A DNA stretch of 64,000 nucleotides, from positions 9,433 through 73,432 of the forward strand of contig JAZUKI010000005.1 in assembly GCA_045643205.1 (NCBI GenBank). Reading direction: 5' to 3'. This DNA comes from Clostridia bacterium (GTDB taxonomy: Bacteria; Bacillota; Clostridia; TANB77; CAG-508). The notes beneath the pieces were generated by a model. That model was not told where the DNA came from. It searched no databases and worked only from the letters and a program-made list of their open reading frames with translations. Both the position numbers and the translations under genes were made by a program. Of the stretch, positions 1 through 11,047 are shown one piece after another (the first letter of the stretch is position 1; each line of letters opens with the position of its first letter).

Positions 1-26
1 TCTAAAAGTGCAAATAATTGATATTT

Positions 27-113
27 GCCGCTGTGTTGGAATTGGTAGACGAGACGGACTCAAAATCCGTTGCCAGTAATGACGTGTGGGTTCAAGTCCC
101 ACCAGCGGCACCA
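27..113 (+). tRNA. tRNA-Leu(CAA)
   Basis: Acceptor stem GCCGCTG/CAGCGGC, D loop GGAATTGGTAGAC, anticodon loop CT-CAA-AA, long variable arm, GGTTCAAGTCC T arm, encoded CCA. Confidence 0.96.
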
Positions 114-127
114 ATTAATTTTAAAGC

Positions 128-166
128 AAAAAGAAAGTAGACTTTTAAGTCTACTTTCTTTTTTTT
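128..166. terminator. Bidirectional intrinsic terminator between tRNA-Leu and the convergent CDS
   Basis: AAAAAGAAAGTAGACTT-tt-AAGTCTACTTTCTTTTT inverted repeat with A and T tracts on either side. Confidence 0.85.
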
Positions 167-202
167 ATTTTAATATTTAAATTCTATTTTTTTAATTTAA
201 AA

Positions 203-1291
203 TTATTCACCTTTAACATATGCTTCTGTTCCCTTAGCTGCTTTTGCTTGAATTAAGTAATCTGAGCATCCTTTAGGTAATTGGAATACATATTTTCCGT
301 TGTAAATTGTTGTTTTGATTGATGAAGTACTTACTATGCTTGATCCTGTTAAGATATATGTTTTTCCAGCATATTGTAATGTTTTTCCATCTAATCCTCT
401 AATAGCTAATGATAATCCACTAATTGTTTTTGTTCCATTAGTTGATTCTTTTAAAACTGATGTGTCAACACTATAGTCAACAACAATCCATTCGCATCCA
501 TCTTGTAATTTAGATGCCATTTTTCTTCCTGATTCTTCAATTATTTTTTCTGCATCTGCTCCTCTAGCAATTGAGTTAACTCTGAATGGTGTGTCAACAT
601 ATTCTCCATCGCTGTAAGAAGCTGCTACTGTCCATTCTCCCATATTTGCAGGTGATGCAACTGATGAAGATTTTGTTTCTACTGATGCAGTAGGTGTTGG
701 TTTTTGTTCAATTGTGTTGTTTGATCCACCTATAGCATTTGCTATTTCGTTTCCAATTCCACCTATTTCATTTCCAACTGCATTTAATACGTTTCCTACG
801 CTATTAAATATAGATGTCCATGATGAATTTTTGTTTGATGTATTTGTTATTGGATCAACTATTTTTGCTCCAAACCAACCTAAAGCTCCATATATAGTAT
901 TTAAGAATATGAAAACCATAATTGTTGGGATAATTGCAATAACTGATAATACGATACTAGCAATAGCTTTTCCATCACCATGTTTTTTTGTTAATCCTAT
1001 GATTGCAAATATAATTGCTAATACGATAAATGTAACATTTACATATGGTATCCAGCAACATAATAATGCTAAAATACCTAATACTAATGCAGCAACACAA
1101 AATCCGTTACCTGGTACTCCATTTGTTGGAGCTGTTTGTTGATAACTAGGTTGTTGATATTCTTGTTGTTGATATGGTGGTTGTGGTACTTGATATTGTT
1201 GATATTGTCCTTGTGCTGGTTGTTCTTGTACTGGTTGAACTGGTTCCATTGGTTGCATTGGATCCATTTGATTTTGATTATTTTCGTCCAT
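203..1291 (-). CDS. Membrane protein: Gln/Pro-rich N-terminus, DUF4190-like TM hairpin, extracellular beta-rich C-terminal domain
   Basis: QP/QY-rich N-terminus; 'VAALVLGILALLCCW...AIIGL...AIASIVLS' resembles DUF4190; RBS AAGGAG upstream. Confidence 0.7.
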   Translation of the reverse strand: MDENNQNQMDPMQPMEPVQPVQEQPAQGQYQQYQVPQPPYQQQEYQQPSYQQTAPTNGVPGNGFCVAALVLGILALLCCWIPYVNVTFIVLAIIFAIIGLTKKHGDGKAIASIVLSVIAIIPTIMVFIFLNTIYGALGWFGAKIVDPITNTSNKNSSWTSIFNSVGNVLNAVGNEIGGIGNEIANAIGGSNNTIEQKPTPTASVETKSSSVASPANMGEWTVAASYSDGEYVDTPFRVNSIARGADAEKIIEESGRKMASKLQDGCEWIVVDYSVDTSVLKESTNGTKTISGLSLAIRGLDGKTLQYAGKTYILTGSSIVSTSSIKTTIYNGKYVFQLPKGCSDYLIQAKAAKGTEAYVKGE

Positions 1292-1451
1292 TAATTTTTC
1301 TCCTTTAATTTATTTATTTTTAGAATTTAAAATTCATTTAAATTACATCAAATATTATAACAATAGTTTTTTTGTAATACAATAAAAATACAAAAAAAAT
1401 GTAAGTTTTATTTTTATCAATCCCTTATTTCATATGGTTTATATTAAAAAT

Positions 1452-1490
1452 AAAAAAAGATAGTTTAACTTTAAAAGTTAAACTATCTTT
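1452..1490 (-). terminator. Intrinsic terminator after rny
   Basis: AAAGATAGTTTAACTTT/AAAGTTAAACTATCTTT hairpin with U tract on minus strand. Confidence 0.8.
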
Positions 1491-1495
1491 AAATT

Positions 1496-3088
1496 TTATT
1501 TTGCGTAATCAATTACACGTTTTTCCCTAACTATATTAACTTTAATTTGTCCTGGATAATCCATTTCATTTTCAATCTTTTCTGCAATTTGTCTAGCCAT
1601 AATTGTCATTTGATCATCGTTAATTTTTTCAGGTTTAACAATAATTCTTACTTCACGACCTGCTTGGATAGCAAAAGATTTTTCAACTCCATCAAATGAG
1701 TTTGCAATTGTTTCTAATGATTCCAATCTCTTAATGTATGCTTCTAATGTTTCTCTTCTAGCACCAGGTCTTGATGCTGAGATTGCATCAGCTGCCATTA
1801 CTAAGTATGCTTCTGGACATTCAGCAGGTACATCTCCGTGATGTGCTTCAACACAATTAATGATTTTATCATTTTCTTTGCATTTCTTTAAAACATCAAC
1901 ACCAATTTGTACGTGTGTTCCTTCCATATCATGGTCTAAAGCTTTTCCTATATCATGTAATAAACCAGCTCTAGCTGTAAGTTTTGAATCTAGCCCTAAT
2001 TCATCTGCCATTATTCTAGAAAGATGTGAAACTTCGATAGAGTGCATTAAAACATTTTGTCCATAACTTGTTCTGAATTTTAATTTACCAAGTAAGTTAA
2101 TTAAATCAGCATTTAATTTCATTACGCCAGTTTCCATTGATGCTCTTTCGCCTTCATCTTTAATATCTTTAGCAAGTTGTTCTTTGGCTTTTTCAACCAT
2201 TTCTTCAATCTTTGCTGGATGAATTCTTCCATCATCAATTAATTTTTCAAGTGCAATTCTAGCAACTTCTCTTCTTAATGGATCAAATCCAGAAATAACA
2301 ATTGTTTCTGGAGTATCATCAATAATGAATTCTACGCCTGTTAGAGATTCTAATGTTTTGATGTTACGTCCTTCTCTACCAATTATTCTTCCTTTCATTT
2401 CATCATTTGGAAGTGTAACAATTGAAATTGTTGATTCAGCTGTGTGATCAGCTGCACATTTTTGAATAGCGTAAGTGATAACTTCTTTAGCTTTATCATC
2501 TGCTGTATCATTAATTTCATTTTCCATTGCTCTAATTCTTTCAGCTTTTTCTGCAACTAACTTTTCATCAACGATTGCAAGTAATTCTTGTTTTGCTTCT
2601 TCTTGTGATAATCTTGCAATTTTTTCTAATTGATCTAATTCGCTGTCTTTCATTTTTTGAATTTCAGCTTTAGTTTCTTCGATCATAGCTTCTTGAGATT
2701 CAATTTGCTTTAATTTCTTTTCGATTTCACTTTCTTTTTGGTCTAATACTTCTTCTTTTTTGATCAACCTTTTTTCTTGTTGTTGAACATCGCTTCTTCT
2801 TTCTCTAATCTCTTTCTCTAAATCGTTTCTACTATTGATAATTTCTTCCTTTGCTTTAACGATTTCTTCTTTACGAATATTTTCTGCTTCTTTTTTAACT
2901 GCTTCTGCTTCTTTGTTAGCATTTTCAATTATTCTTTTTGATTCTTCTTCAGCTCCTTTTATCTTAGATTCTGCTGTTTTCTTTCTTATTAAATAACCTA
3001 TAACTAAGAATACTACTGCTGTTATAAGAAAAATAGCGATGTAAATAATAATGTTATTTTGTGGTTGTGGTTGTAATTGTTGTTCCAT
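1496..3088 (-). CDS. rny: Ribonuclease Y
   Basis: N-terminal TM, coiled coil, KH domain ([13 protein letters not shown]), HD domain (LLHDIGK); start moved to the ATG at 3088 behind AGAGGTG. Confidence 0.97.
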   Translation of the reverse strand: MEQQLQPQPQNNIIIYIAIFLITAVVFLVIGYLIRKKTAESKIKGAEEESKRIIENANKEAEAVKKEAENIRKEEIVKAKEEIINSRNDLEKEIRERRSDVQQQEKRLIKKEEVLDQKESEIEKKLKQIESQEAMIEETKAEIQKMKDSELDQLEKIARLSQEEAKQELLAIVDEKLVAEKAERIRAMENEINDTADDKAKEVITYAIQKCAADHTAESTISIVTLPNDEMKGRIIGREGRNIKTLESLTGVEFIIDDTPETIVISGFDPLRREVARIALEKLIDDGRIHPAKIEEMVEKAKEQLAKDIKDEGERASMETGVMKLNADLINLLGKLKFRTSYGQNVLMHSIEVSHLSRIMADELGLDSKLTARAGLLHDIGKALDHDMEGTHVQIGVDVLKKCKENDKIINCVEAHHGDVPAECPEAYLVMAADAISASRPGARRETLEAYIKRLESLETIANSFDGVEKSFAIQAGREVRIIVKPEKINDDQMTIMARQIAEKIENEMDYPGQIKVNIVREKRVIDYAK

Positions 3089-3191
3089 AATTTTTACACC
3101 TCTTTCTATAAAATTTTCAATGTACAATATATATAAATATAATTGTTTATTGTAATAATAATTGTTATAAATATATAAATTTACAAATAGT

Positions 3192-3220
3192 ATTGTATAA
3201 TTTTTAATGTCTTATGTCAA
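3192..3220 (-). promoter_or_regulatory. sigmaA-type promoter of rny
   Basis: TTGACA-N17-TACAAT on minus strand. Confidence 0.75.
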
Positions 3221-3243
3221 GAATAAAATTTCATTATAATCAA

Positions 3244-3283
3244 TAAAATAAGAGCTTTGAATCGTTTTCAAAGCTCTTATTTA
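3244..3283 (-). terminator. Terminator after the GH13 gene
   Basis: AATAAGAGCTTTGAA/TTCAAAGCTCTTATT hairpin. Confidence 0.8.
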
Positions 3284-3375
3284 TTAATCTTTCTTATATC
3301 AATATCTAAGCTTTTATATAATCAGCATCTAAACTTTTATATAAACAATACTTAATCTTTTCGCATAATCAATAT
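3284..3375. repeat. Degenerate ~23-bp tandem repeat x4, including the GH13 gene's last codons
   Basis: TAAnCTTTT...ATAATCAATAT-like units at ~3284, 3307, 3330, 3353. Confidence 0.65.
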
Positions 3376-4857
3376 GCCATATGGTGTTAAATAGTCTCGT
3401 GTTGAATTTTCTGTTGCAAAATCAATTCTGCAATTTCTTAAATCTTCATCAAAATATTCTTTTAAATCAATTTCTTTGCCTCTTGATGATCTATTTACTG
3501 CAATGTATAAATGTTTTCCTTCATCATTAAATCTATCAAGTATAAGAATGTTTTTATCGCATCTTATTATTTTTATTTTGCCAGTGGCTAATATGTCTTT
3601 ATTAGCTTTTCTAAATGTTCCTAATCTGCTAACAAATTCTGTCATGTCTTTATTTTCTTTCTTCCAATTATATGGTTTTCTATTAAATGGATCTTTGTAT
3701 CCTGTTTCTCCAATTTCTGTGCCATACATTACACATGGAATTCCTGGAAGACAATACATTATAGTTAGTGCTATTTTGGCTAACATTTCACCTATCATAT
3801 AATGAATTCTATCAATTTCACTATTGTTTGCTTCAAATTCTCTAAATGCATATGTATCGAAATTTTCGCCATGACGCCAATAATCTTCAATATCCCAAAT
3901 GCAATTTTTAGAAACATTTTCATTCATCTTCTCACCAGCTAACATTGTTATAGTTCTTGGTGTGTCGTGTGTTCCTACATTGTTTAGTAAAACATTCTTT
4001 ACATCTTCAGGATATTCATCGTTTATTCTATTAAATATGTTATTGAAATGTTCTGTGTTTCCCCATCTAGTCCATCTCAATATTGAATCAGCCATTGGAT
4101 AATTCATTACTGAATCAAGTTCGCCATTAAATATTTTAGCATTATCCCCCTTATCAGTGGCTAATCCCCACATTTCTCCAATACAAAGAGCTTGTGGATG
4201 CTTCTTTTTTATTTTTTGTAAATTTAGTAAAAATTCTTTTGATAGGTTTTCACCTAAATCTAATCTAATTCCATCAGCTCCGTAATCTAAATAGCTTTCA
4301 GTTACTGCTAACATTATATCTTGATAATCTTTGTTTTGTGTATCAACTTCAGCCATATCTAAGAAGTTCCACCAAAAAATTTGTTTTCCTTCTTCGTCTT
4401 TTTTATACCAAGATGCATATCGAGAATCATTATAGTACTTGCTCTTTGTGCTTGTATGATTAAAAACTAAATCTACCATAATGAGTATATCTAACTCATG
4501 AGCTTTTTTACATAACTCTGAAAAGTCATCCCAATCGCCAATCCAAGGATCTATAGTAGATTGGTCGCCTACATCATAATGATGGTAAGTACTACTTAAT
4601 TCTATTGGTGTAATATAAATCATGTCAAAACCTAATAACTTAATATATTCAAGTTTTGCCATTATTCCTTTTAAGTTACCACCATAGAAATAATTATTTT
4701 CATATATTCCATATTCATTAGGTTGCCAATTTGGTTCGCTATCATTCCATTTTTTTAGAATTCTGCTTTCCATTAGTTTTGGCTTTGCACCTTTTCTATA
4801 GAATCTATCTGGAATAATTTGATATGCAGTTCGTCCAATCCACTTCTCAAATTTCAT
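3352..4857 (-). CDS. GH13 alpha-amylase family (neopullulanase/cyclomaltodextrinase-like), cytoplasmic
   Basis: YQIIPDRF, GGNLKGI, DLVFNH; catalytic GIRLD, IGEMW and GTHD motifs; PGIPCVMYGTEIG; no signal peptide. Confidence 0.9.
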   Translation of the reverse strand: MKFEKWIGRTAYQIIPDRFYRKGAKPKLMESRILKKWNDSEPNWQPNEYGIYENNYFYGGNLKGIMAKLEYIKLLGFDMIYITPIELSSTYHHYDVGDQSTIDPWIGDWDDFSELCKKAHELDILIMVDLVFNHTSTKSKYYNDSRYASWYKKDEEGKQIFWWNFLDMAEVDTQNKDYQDIMLAVTESYLDYGADGIRLDLGENLSKEFLLNLQKIKKKHPQALCIGEMWGLATDKGDNAKIFNGELDSVMNYPMADSILRWTRWGNTEHFNNIFNRINDEYPEDVKNVLLNNVGTHDTPRTITMLAGEKMNENVSKNCIWDIEDYWRHGENFDTYAFREFEANNSEIDRIHYMIGEMLAKIALTIMYCLPGIPCVMYGTEIGETGYKDPFNRKPYNWKKENKDMTEFVSRLGTFRKANKDILATGKIKIIRCDKNILILDRFNDEGKHLYIAVNRSSRGKEIDLKEYFDEDLRNCRIDFATENSTRDYLTPYGILIMRKD

Positions 4858-4946
4858 CTTTTGTATCCCTTCATTTTATTATTCATTCTGCTCATTATTT
4901 ATTCTGCTTATTGTTCATTTTATTTATTATTTATTTCGCTTATTTT

Positions 4947-6890
4947 TTATTCTGCTATAACTTTGTTATCAATTTCTTCGCAAATCTTTTTAGCAAAATC
5001 TTCAACACTCATTTGACCTAAGTCTCCGCCATGTCTTGTTCTTACAGAAACTTTTCCTTCTTCAACTTCTTTATCTCCAACTACTAACATGTATGGGATT
5101 TTAGCAAGTTGTGCTTCTCTAATTTTATAACCAAGTTTTTCGTTTCTATCATCAACTTCAACTCTAACTTTATTTTTTAATAATTGTTCTTTAACTTTTT
5201 CTGCATACTCACCATGTTTTTCATTGCTAATAGGTAGAATTTTTACTTGATGTGGTGTTAACCAAACTGGTAAATTTCCTTTTGTTTCTTCTAATAAGAA
5301 TGAAATAAATCTATCAGATGATCCTAAAATTGCTCTATGAACAACAACTGGTCTATGTTCCTTTCCATCTTCACCAATGAAGCTTAATTCAAATCTTTCT
5401 GGTAAAGCAAAATCTAATTGGCATGTTGGAATTGTTACATCATGATTTAATGCTGTTCTAATTTGAATATCAATTTTTGGTCCATAGAATGCAGCTTCTC
5501 CAGCAGCTTCATAGAAATCAATATTTAATTCTTTTAAGATTTCTCTTAATTGTGATTCAGCTGTTTCCCACATTTCATCATTATCTATGTATTTTTCAAC
5601 ATTTGCTTTATCTCTTAATGATAATCTGTATCTAAATGCATCTTCTGGGAAACCAAAATCTTTTACATATACTTCTTTGATTAAGTTAAGAACTCTACCA
5701 ACTTCTTCTTTGATTTGATCAGGTCTTACAAATAAGTGTGCGTCATTTTGGCACATTTCTCTAACTCTTTCAAGTCCACATACTGCACCAGAATTTTCCC
5801 ATCTGAAGTCATGTGCTAATTCACCAATTCTAATTGGTAAGTCTTTGTATGAATGTAATTTATTTTTATAAACAAGCATATGGTGTGGGCAGTTCATTGG
5901 TCTTAAAACTAATTCTTCATTGTCCATTGCCATTACAGGAAACATATCATCTTTGTAGTGATCCCAGTGACCACTTGTTTTATATAGGTTAACTGTTCCA
6001 ATTGATGGTGTATAAACATGTTGATATCCTAATTCAATTTCCTTATCTTGAATATATCTTTCAAGATTTCTTCTAATTGTTGCTCCATCTGGTAAATATA
6101 ATGGAAGTCCTGCACCAACTAATGGGTGAGTAATAAATAAGTCTAAATCTTTTCCTATTTTTCTATGATCTCTTTCTTTTGCTTCTTCAAGTAATTTTAA
6201 ATAGTCTTCTAATTGAGAATTTTTTAAGAAAGAAATTCCATAAATTCTTTGAAGCATCTTGTTATGTTCATCACCTCTCCAGTATGCACCAGAGTTTGAT
6301 AATAATTTTATGCTCTTAACTTTTCCTGTACTCATTAAATGAGGGCCTGCACAAAGGTCTGTGAAATCGCCTTGCTTATAAAATGAAATTTCTTCGCCAT
6401 CAGGTAAATCATTAATTAATTCAACTTTGTATGGTTGATCTTTCATTAATTCTAAAGCTTCTTCTTTAGGTAAAGAAAATCTTTCAATAGGTAAATCTTC
6501 CTTTATTATTTTCTTCATCTCTTCTTCAATTTTTGCTTTATCTTCATCATTGAATGATTCTGGTGAGTCAAAATCATAATAAAATCCACCATCATCAATT
6601 GCTGGTCCAATAGCAAATTTTGTTTCTGGCCATAAATGAGCAACAGCTTGTGCCATAATGTGTGAAGTTGTATGCCAGTATGCTTTTTGTCCTTCTAATC
6701 CTGAATCAAAAGTCAAGATTTCAACTTCATCTCCATCTTTTAATTCATAACGTAAGTCAACGATATTTCCGTTTACTTTTCCGCATGTAGCATTTCTTGC
6801 TAATCCTTCACTAATTGATTCTGCTAAATCAATTATGCTCATACCATTGTCAATTTCTTTTTCTGAGCCATCCTTTAATAATATTTTCAT
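4947..6890 (-). CDS. thrS: Threonyl-tRNA synthetase
   Basis: TGS domain, HTTSH, DLCAGPH, RDHRKIG, PMNCP, GEAAFYGPK; start at ATG 6890. Confidence 0.98.
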   Translation of the reverse strand: MKILLKDGSEKEIDNGMSIIDLAESISEGLARNATCGKVNGNIVDLRYELKDGDEVEILTFDSGLEGQKAYWHTTSHIMAQAVAHLWPETKFAIGPAIDDGGFYYDFDSPESFNDEDKAKIEEEMKKIIKEDLPIERFSLPKEEALELMKDQPYKVELINDLPDGEEISFYKQGDFTDLCAGPHLMSTGKVKSIKLLSNSGAYWRGDEHNKMLQRIYGISFLKNSQLEDYLKLLEEAKERDHRKIGKDLDLFITHPLVGAGLPLYLPDGATIRRNLERYIQDKEIELGYQHVYTPSIGTVNLYKTSGHWDHYKDDMFPVMAMDNEELVLRPMNCPHHMLVYKNKLHSYKDLPIRIGELAHDFRWENSGAVCGLERVREMCQNDAHLFVRPDQIKEEVGRVLNLIKEVYVKDFGFPEDAFRYRLSLRDKANVEKYIDNDEMWETAESQLREILKELNIDFYEAAGEAAFYGPKIDIQIRTALNHDVTIPTCQLDFALPERFELSFIGEDGKEHRPVVVHRAILGSSDRFISFLLEETKGNLPVWLTPHQVKILPISNEKHGEYAEKVKEQLLKNKVRVEVDDRNEKLGYKIREAQLAKIPYMLVVGDKEVEEGKVSVRTRHGGDLGQMSVEDFAKKICEEIDNKVIAE

Positions 6891-6921
6891 AAAATTCCTC
6901 TTTCTTGCTTGGGGTCTTTGA

Positions 6922-7150
6922 TAAAACAAAAACCCCGGAGCATATTAAAATAATATACTCTGGGGTGCTATTAGCACGGTTCCACCCGGATATTTTACTT
7001 AATTGACTTTATAACGTAAGTAACACGTCTGGTTTAATTCGCCAGCCATTATAAGAAGTTAGTTTTTCAAAAGCATTTACTTGAAATAACTTTCAGCCTA
7101 TGATTATTTCTCTCTAAAAGCAATCATCTTTTTACTTTGTCTTCCATTAG
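6922..7150 (-). promoter_or_regulatory. T-box riboswitch leader of thrS
   Basis: On minus strand: AGAGA and GCTGAAA stem-I motifs, candidate Thr specifier ACT (GAAAA-ACT-AAC), T-box GGGTGGAACCGTG, then CCCCAGAG...CTCCGGGG-TTTTGTTTT terminator. Confidence 0.9.
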
Positions 7151-7162
7151 TTTAATGTATGT

Positions 7163-7191
7163 ATTATACAACTCATTGGTAATATTTTCAA
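7163..7191 (-). promoter_or_regulatory. sigmaA-type promoter of the thrS leader
   Basis: TTGAAA-N17-TATAAT. Confidence 0.7.
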
Positions 7192-7294
7192 GCCTTACCG
7201 CTGAATTTTATAATCTTGTTTAAATGTTTGTTTCCAAACTTTTATATTTATTTATAATATAGTTTATATATTTAATTATTTAATTATTTAAATT

Positions 7295-8608
7295 TTATAG
7301 TTTTTCTTCGTAGCCTGGTTTCTTTAGTAGTCTAAACATATTAGTTTTATATTTTTCTACACCTGGTTGATTGAATGGATCAACCTCTAATAATTTTGCA
7401 GAAGTTGCACAAGCTTTTTCAAAGAAATAAATTAATTCTCCGATGTTCTTTGCATTTAATTCTCTAATATTTATTATGATATTTGGTACTCCGCCATCTG
7501 TATGTGCTGTAACTGTTCCTTCCATTGCTTTTTGATTAACATATGAAAGCTTCTTTCCTGCTAAATAATTTAAATTGTCTAGGTTATCTTCATCTGATCT
7601 AATTGTTATGTCTGTTTCTGTTTTTGCAAAATTTAAAACAGTTTCAAACATAATCCTTTGTCCTTCTTGAATATATTGACCCAGAGAATGTAAATCTGTT
7701 GTAAATTCAACACTTGCCGGAAACAATCCTTTGTTGTCTTTTCCTTCGCTTTCGCCAAATAATTGTTTCCACCATTCTGCAAAGTAATGCATTCTTGGTT
7801 CGTAATTTGCTAATATTTCAATATTTTTTCCATCATCATAATACAAGTTTCTTAATACTGCATATTGATAGCAATCATTATATTGTAATAATGAATCATT
7901 ATATTTTTCTTCAGCATATATTGCACCATTCATTAATTCATCAATATTAATTCCGCTTACTGCTATTGGTAATAAACCAACAGGTGTTAAAACGCTGAAT
8001 CTTCCACCAACATCATCTGGAATTACAAATGTTGTATATTTATCTGAATCAGCTAATTTTTTTAATGCTCCTTTTTTAGCATCAGTTGTTACATAAATTC
8101 TTTCACGTGCTTCTTTAATATCATATTTTTGATACATAATTTCTTTAAATATTCTAAATGCAATTGCTGGCTCTGTTGTTGTTCCTGATTTTGAAATAAC
8201 ATTAATAGAAAAATCTTTGTCTGCAATATAATTTATTACATCATTAATATAGTTAGGTACCAAATTATTTCCAACGAAAATTACTTTAGTTTCTTTTTTA
8301 TCTGTAGATGCTTCATATGTACTATGTAATGCTTCTATAACTGCTCTTGCGCCTAAGTATGAGCCACCAATTCCTATTACTAATAATACTTCTGAATCAT
8401 TTCTAATTTTTTCGGCAGATTGTTTTATTTTTTTATATTCTGCTGACTTTATATATTTACTTGGAAGATGTAACCATCCTAAAAAGTTTCCATCTTCTTT
8501 TGCTTCCATTTCTAATTCTTTGTGCACATCTGTTGTAACATCACTATGTTCTAATAGTTCCTCAAGCTTATAGCCACTAAAATTTAAATTCAATTGTATA
8601 TTAGACAT
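7295..8608 (-). CDS. pgi: Glucose-6-phosphate isomerase
   Basis: [44 protein letters not shown]. Confidence 0.97.
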   Translation of the reverse strand: MSNIQLNLNFSGYKLEELLEHSDVTTDVHKELEMEAKEDGNFLGWLHLPSKYIKSAEYKKIKQSAEKIRNDSEVLLVIGIGGSYLGARAVIEALHSTYEASTDKKETKVIFVGNNLVPNYINDVINYIADKDFSINVISKSGTTTEPAIAFRIFKEIMYQKYDIKEARERIYVTTDAKKGALKKLADSDKYTTFVIPDDVGGRFSVLTPVGLLPIAVSGINIDELMNGAIYAEEKYNDSLLQYNDCYQYAVLRNLYYDDGKNIEILANYEPRMHYFAEWWKQLFGESEGKDNKGLFPASVEFTTDLHSLGQYIQEGQRIMFETVLNFAKTETDITIRSDEDNLDNLNYLAGKKLSYVNQKAMEGTVTAHTDGGVPNIIINIRELNAKNIGELIYFFEKACATSAKLLEVDPFNQPGVEKYKTNMFRLLKKPGYEEKL

Positions 8609-8668
8609 TTTTCCTCCTTAGTAAAAGATTGTTACTAACTATTAATTGTTAACTAATCTTTTTTATTA

Positions 8669-9757
8669 TTATTCACTAATTTCTTCCGATTTATTTACAC
8701 TCATTACTTCGATGTATGTTCTTCCATCACTTACTTCAATTTCAGAACCATCTGCATATGTATATTTTGTTTTAGCTTTTCTATCTGATTTTGACCACTT
8801 GATTGGAACAGCTTTTCCATTTGTAATGTACCAACCTTTGCCTGAGCCTGTTGTTTGCAAATCTAAATATTTTCCATCAGGCATAGTTGTAAAATTAATT
8901 TTTTCAATAATTATATTTTTTGTTGAAACAACTTCTCCTGTTTCATGATCTTTGCAAATATTTTCTTTTGTTGTTTCATATCTTTCATACATTTGTGTTT
9001 CACTATTATATTTAAATGTAGTAACGTTTGAACTTCCATCGTATGGAACAACTACTTTATTTGCAATTTTTGCATCTTCTCTTTCACTTAAATTAACATC
9101 TTTTACATTATATTTTAATAAAACTGATTTGTCTGATTCTAAACTATATCCTTTTTTCTTTGCAGATTCATAAACTTTATCTGTATCAAGATATGCAGTA
9201 TGTTCATATGCTAAATTTTCAGGATTTTTTCTATACATTGAGCCTTCGCCAACAATTCCTTGAACATAGTTTATAACGCCTTGTCCTTGCATTTGATCTT
9301 TTGCATAATGGCTCCAACCATAACTTGTAAATATTGCATCACTTTCATATGCATAATCTATAAAGTTATGTCTTGCGCTTCTAATTGTTCCTACAGTAAG
9401 ATTTTCTATATCTTTATACAATGCCATTAATCTACAAGTTCCACCTTCAGTTGGCATTTCATAAACAAGATATGCTTTATTTAATCCTGTTTGAACTTTT
9501 ACTGCTACTGGTGTGTTGTTTACAACAACTGCTAAAGGCCTTGTTTTTGAATTGATATCAATTATATCTACTTTTTCTTCATCAACCTTTACTGGCTCTA
9601 TTATATTGTTTTCTACGTTGTTTGGTTGTTCTTGAGTTGGCTGTTTATTAATTAGTACTATAGTAATTGCTACTGCTGCAATTACTATTATAAAAATAAG
9701 CATTGCAACTACTCTTTTTATATTTACTTTTTTACCATTATCAAAATGTTCAGCCAT
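8669..9757 (-). CDS. DUF3048-like membrane-anchored protein
   Basis: N-terminal TM; RPLAVVVNN, GLNKAYLVYE..EGG.RLMA, GTIRSAR motifs; start chosen at MAEHF. Confidence 0.8.
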   Translation of the reverse strand: MAEHFDNGKKVNIKRVVAMLIFIIVIAAVAITIVLINKQPTQEQPNNVENNIIEPVKVDEEKVDIIDINSKTRPLAVVVNNTPVAVKVQTGLNKAYLVYEMPTEGGTCRLMALYKDIENLTVGTIRSARHNFIDYAYESDAIFTSYGWSHYAKDQMQGQGVINYVQGIVGEGSMYRKNPENLAYEHTAYLDTDKVYESAKKKGYSLESDKSVLLKYNVKDVNLSEREDAKIANKVVVPYDGSSNVTTFKYNSETQMYERYETTKENICKDHETGEVVSTKNIIIEKINFTTMPDGKYLDLQTTGSGKGWYITNGKAVPIKWSKSDRKAKTKYTYADGSEIEVSDGRTYIEVMSVNKSEEISE

Positions 9758-9863
9758 ACTCAATCCCCCTATACAAGACAAACAAATTAATGTTACTTAA
9801 TTTGTTTGTCGCTTTTATTTATTAATTTATATTATTTTTTAATAACTAATTTAATAATTGTTT

Positions 9864-10967
9864 TTAGTAATTATTTGTTTCATAACCGCTTGCTTCTGTT
9901 TTTCCTGATTTTTCAATAATTTTCTTACTGATATTTTTAATTTCTTCAGGTACTTCATAATCTTCATCACCAAATATTTCCTTATGAAGTTTTAAAACAT
10001 TTGATTCTAGTGTAGTTGGTACTCCATACCATACTCCATCAATAGTTGCACCAGCAATAGTATATGGCCATCCAGTACTCTTAGAAATATTGAACTTAGC
10101 TAATGTTGGTACTAATCCTAATATTTCATTTTGATCTATGTTAGTACTTACTTTTGGTAAAATTTTTGCTGCTACATCTAATAATTGTGGAATGCTTATT
10201 TTCTTAGCTTTATCCATCATTGCTGCTAAAACGTTTCTCATTCTTTCAGTTCTCTTATAATCAGCTCCTGCTGTATATCTTATTCTTCCATAAGATAATG
10301 CTTGAGCACCTGTTAATGTTTGTTTTCCTGCTGAAGTTACATGTTTTGAGCCTTTTGTTGTTGGTGTTGAATCAATATACATATTTATATAATTAATTTC
10401 ATTGCTTTCAATATTAATTTCTATTCCACCTAAAGCGTCAACAGCAGCTACAACAGCATCAAAGTTAACTGTCATATATTCTTTTATATTTAAACCTAAG
10501 TTTTTGTTTAATGCTAATAAAGAATTTTGAGCTCCACCATAAGAAAATGCATGAGTTACTTTATCAATTTTTGTTTTTCCATTCTCTTCAACTTCTAAGA
10601 ATGAATCTCTATAAACAGATAATAATTTAACATCATTTGTCTCTTTATTTATACTTGCAATCATTATACAATCTGATCTATTTCCATGATCATTGTAATC
10701 ATCAGCACGTGTATCAATTCCAAATAGAGCAATATTTCTATATCCTTTTAAGTCTTCATCTGCTTTTTGATCAATACCAATTGCATTAATATCAATGTTT
10801 TCTTTCTTCATTTGTCCTAATAATGATTGAATATATCCCCATCCAGCTACTAGAACTCCTGCAAGAATAATTATAATTACTATTAAAATTGTAGCTATTA
10901 TTTTAATTGCTTTTTGAACTGGTGTTCTAGCCTTCTTTGATTTTTTATTTTTCTTATCTTTACTCAT
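9864..10967 (-). CDS. LytR-CpsA-Psr (LCP) family cell-wall polymer ligase
   Basis: TM helix; NIALFGID, RSDCIMI, SVYRD, GRIR...DYKRTERMR motifs. Confidence 0.92.
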   Translation of the reverse strand: MSKDKKNKKSKKARTPVQKAIKIIATILIVIIIILAGVLVAGWGYIQSLLGQMKKENIDINAIGIDQKADEDLKGYRNIALFGIDTRADDYNDHGNRSDCIMIASINKETNDVKLLSVYRDSFLEVEENGKTKIDKVTHAFSYGGAQNSLLALNKNLGLNIKEYMTVNFDAVVAAVDALGGIEINIESNEINYINMYIDSTPTTKGSKHVTSAGKQTLTGAQALSYGRIRYTAGADYKRTERMRNVLAAMMDKAKKISIPQLLDVAAKILPKVSTNIDQNEILGLVPTLAKFNISKSTGWPYTIAGATIDGVWYGVPTTLESNVLKLHKEIFGDEDYEVPEEIKNISKKIIEKSGKTEASGYETNNY

Positions 10968-11047
10968 TTTTTCTCCTTCGTCTACTTAGTTGTTTATTTT
11001 GTTTAATACTTTTATTTATTAATTTATTAATTTGTTTATTTGTTAAT

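Noticed and set aside
27-1291. tRNA-Leu as an integration site for an island containing the DUF4190-like gene
   Set aside because: No integrase and no duplicated tRNA 3' end found by eye; housekeeping rny follows immediately
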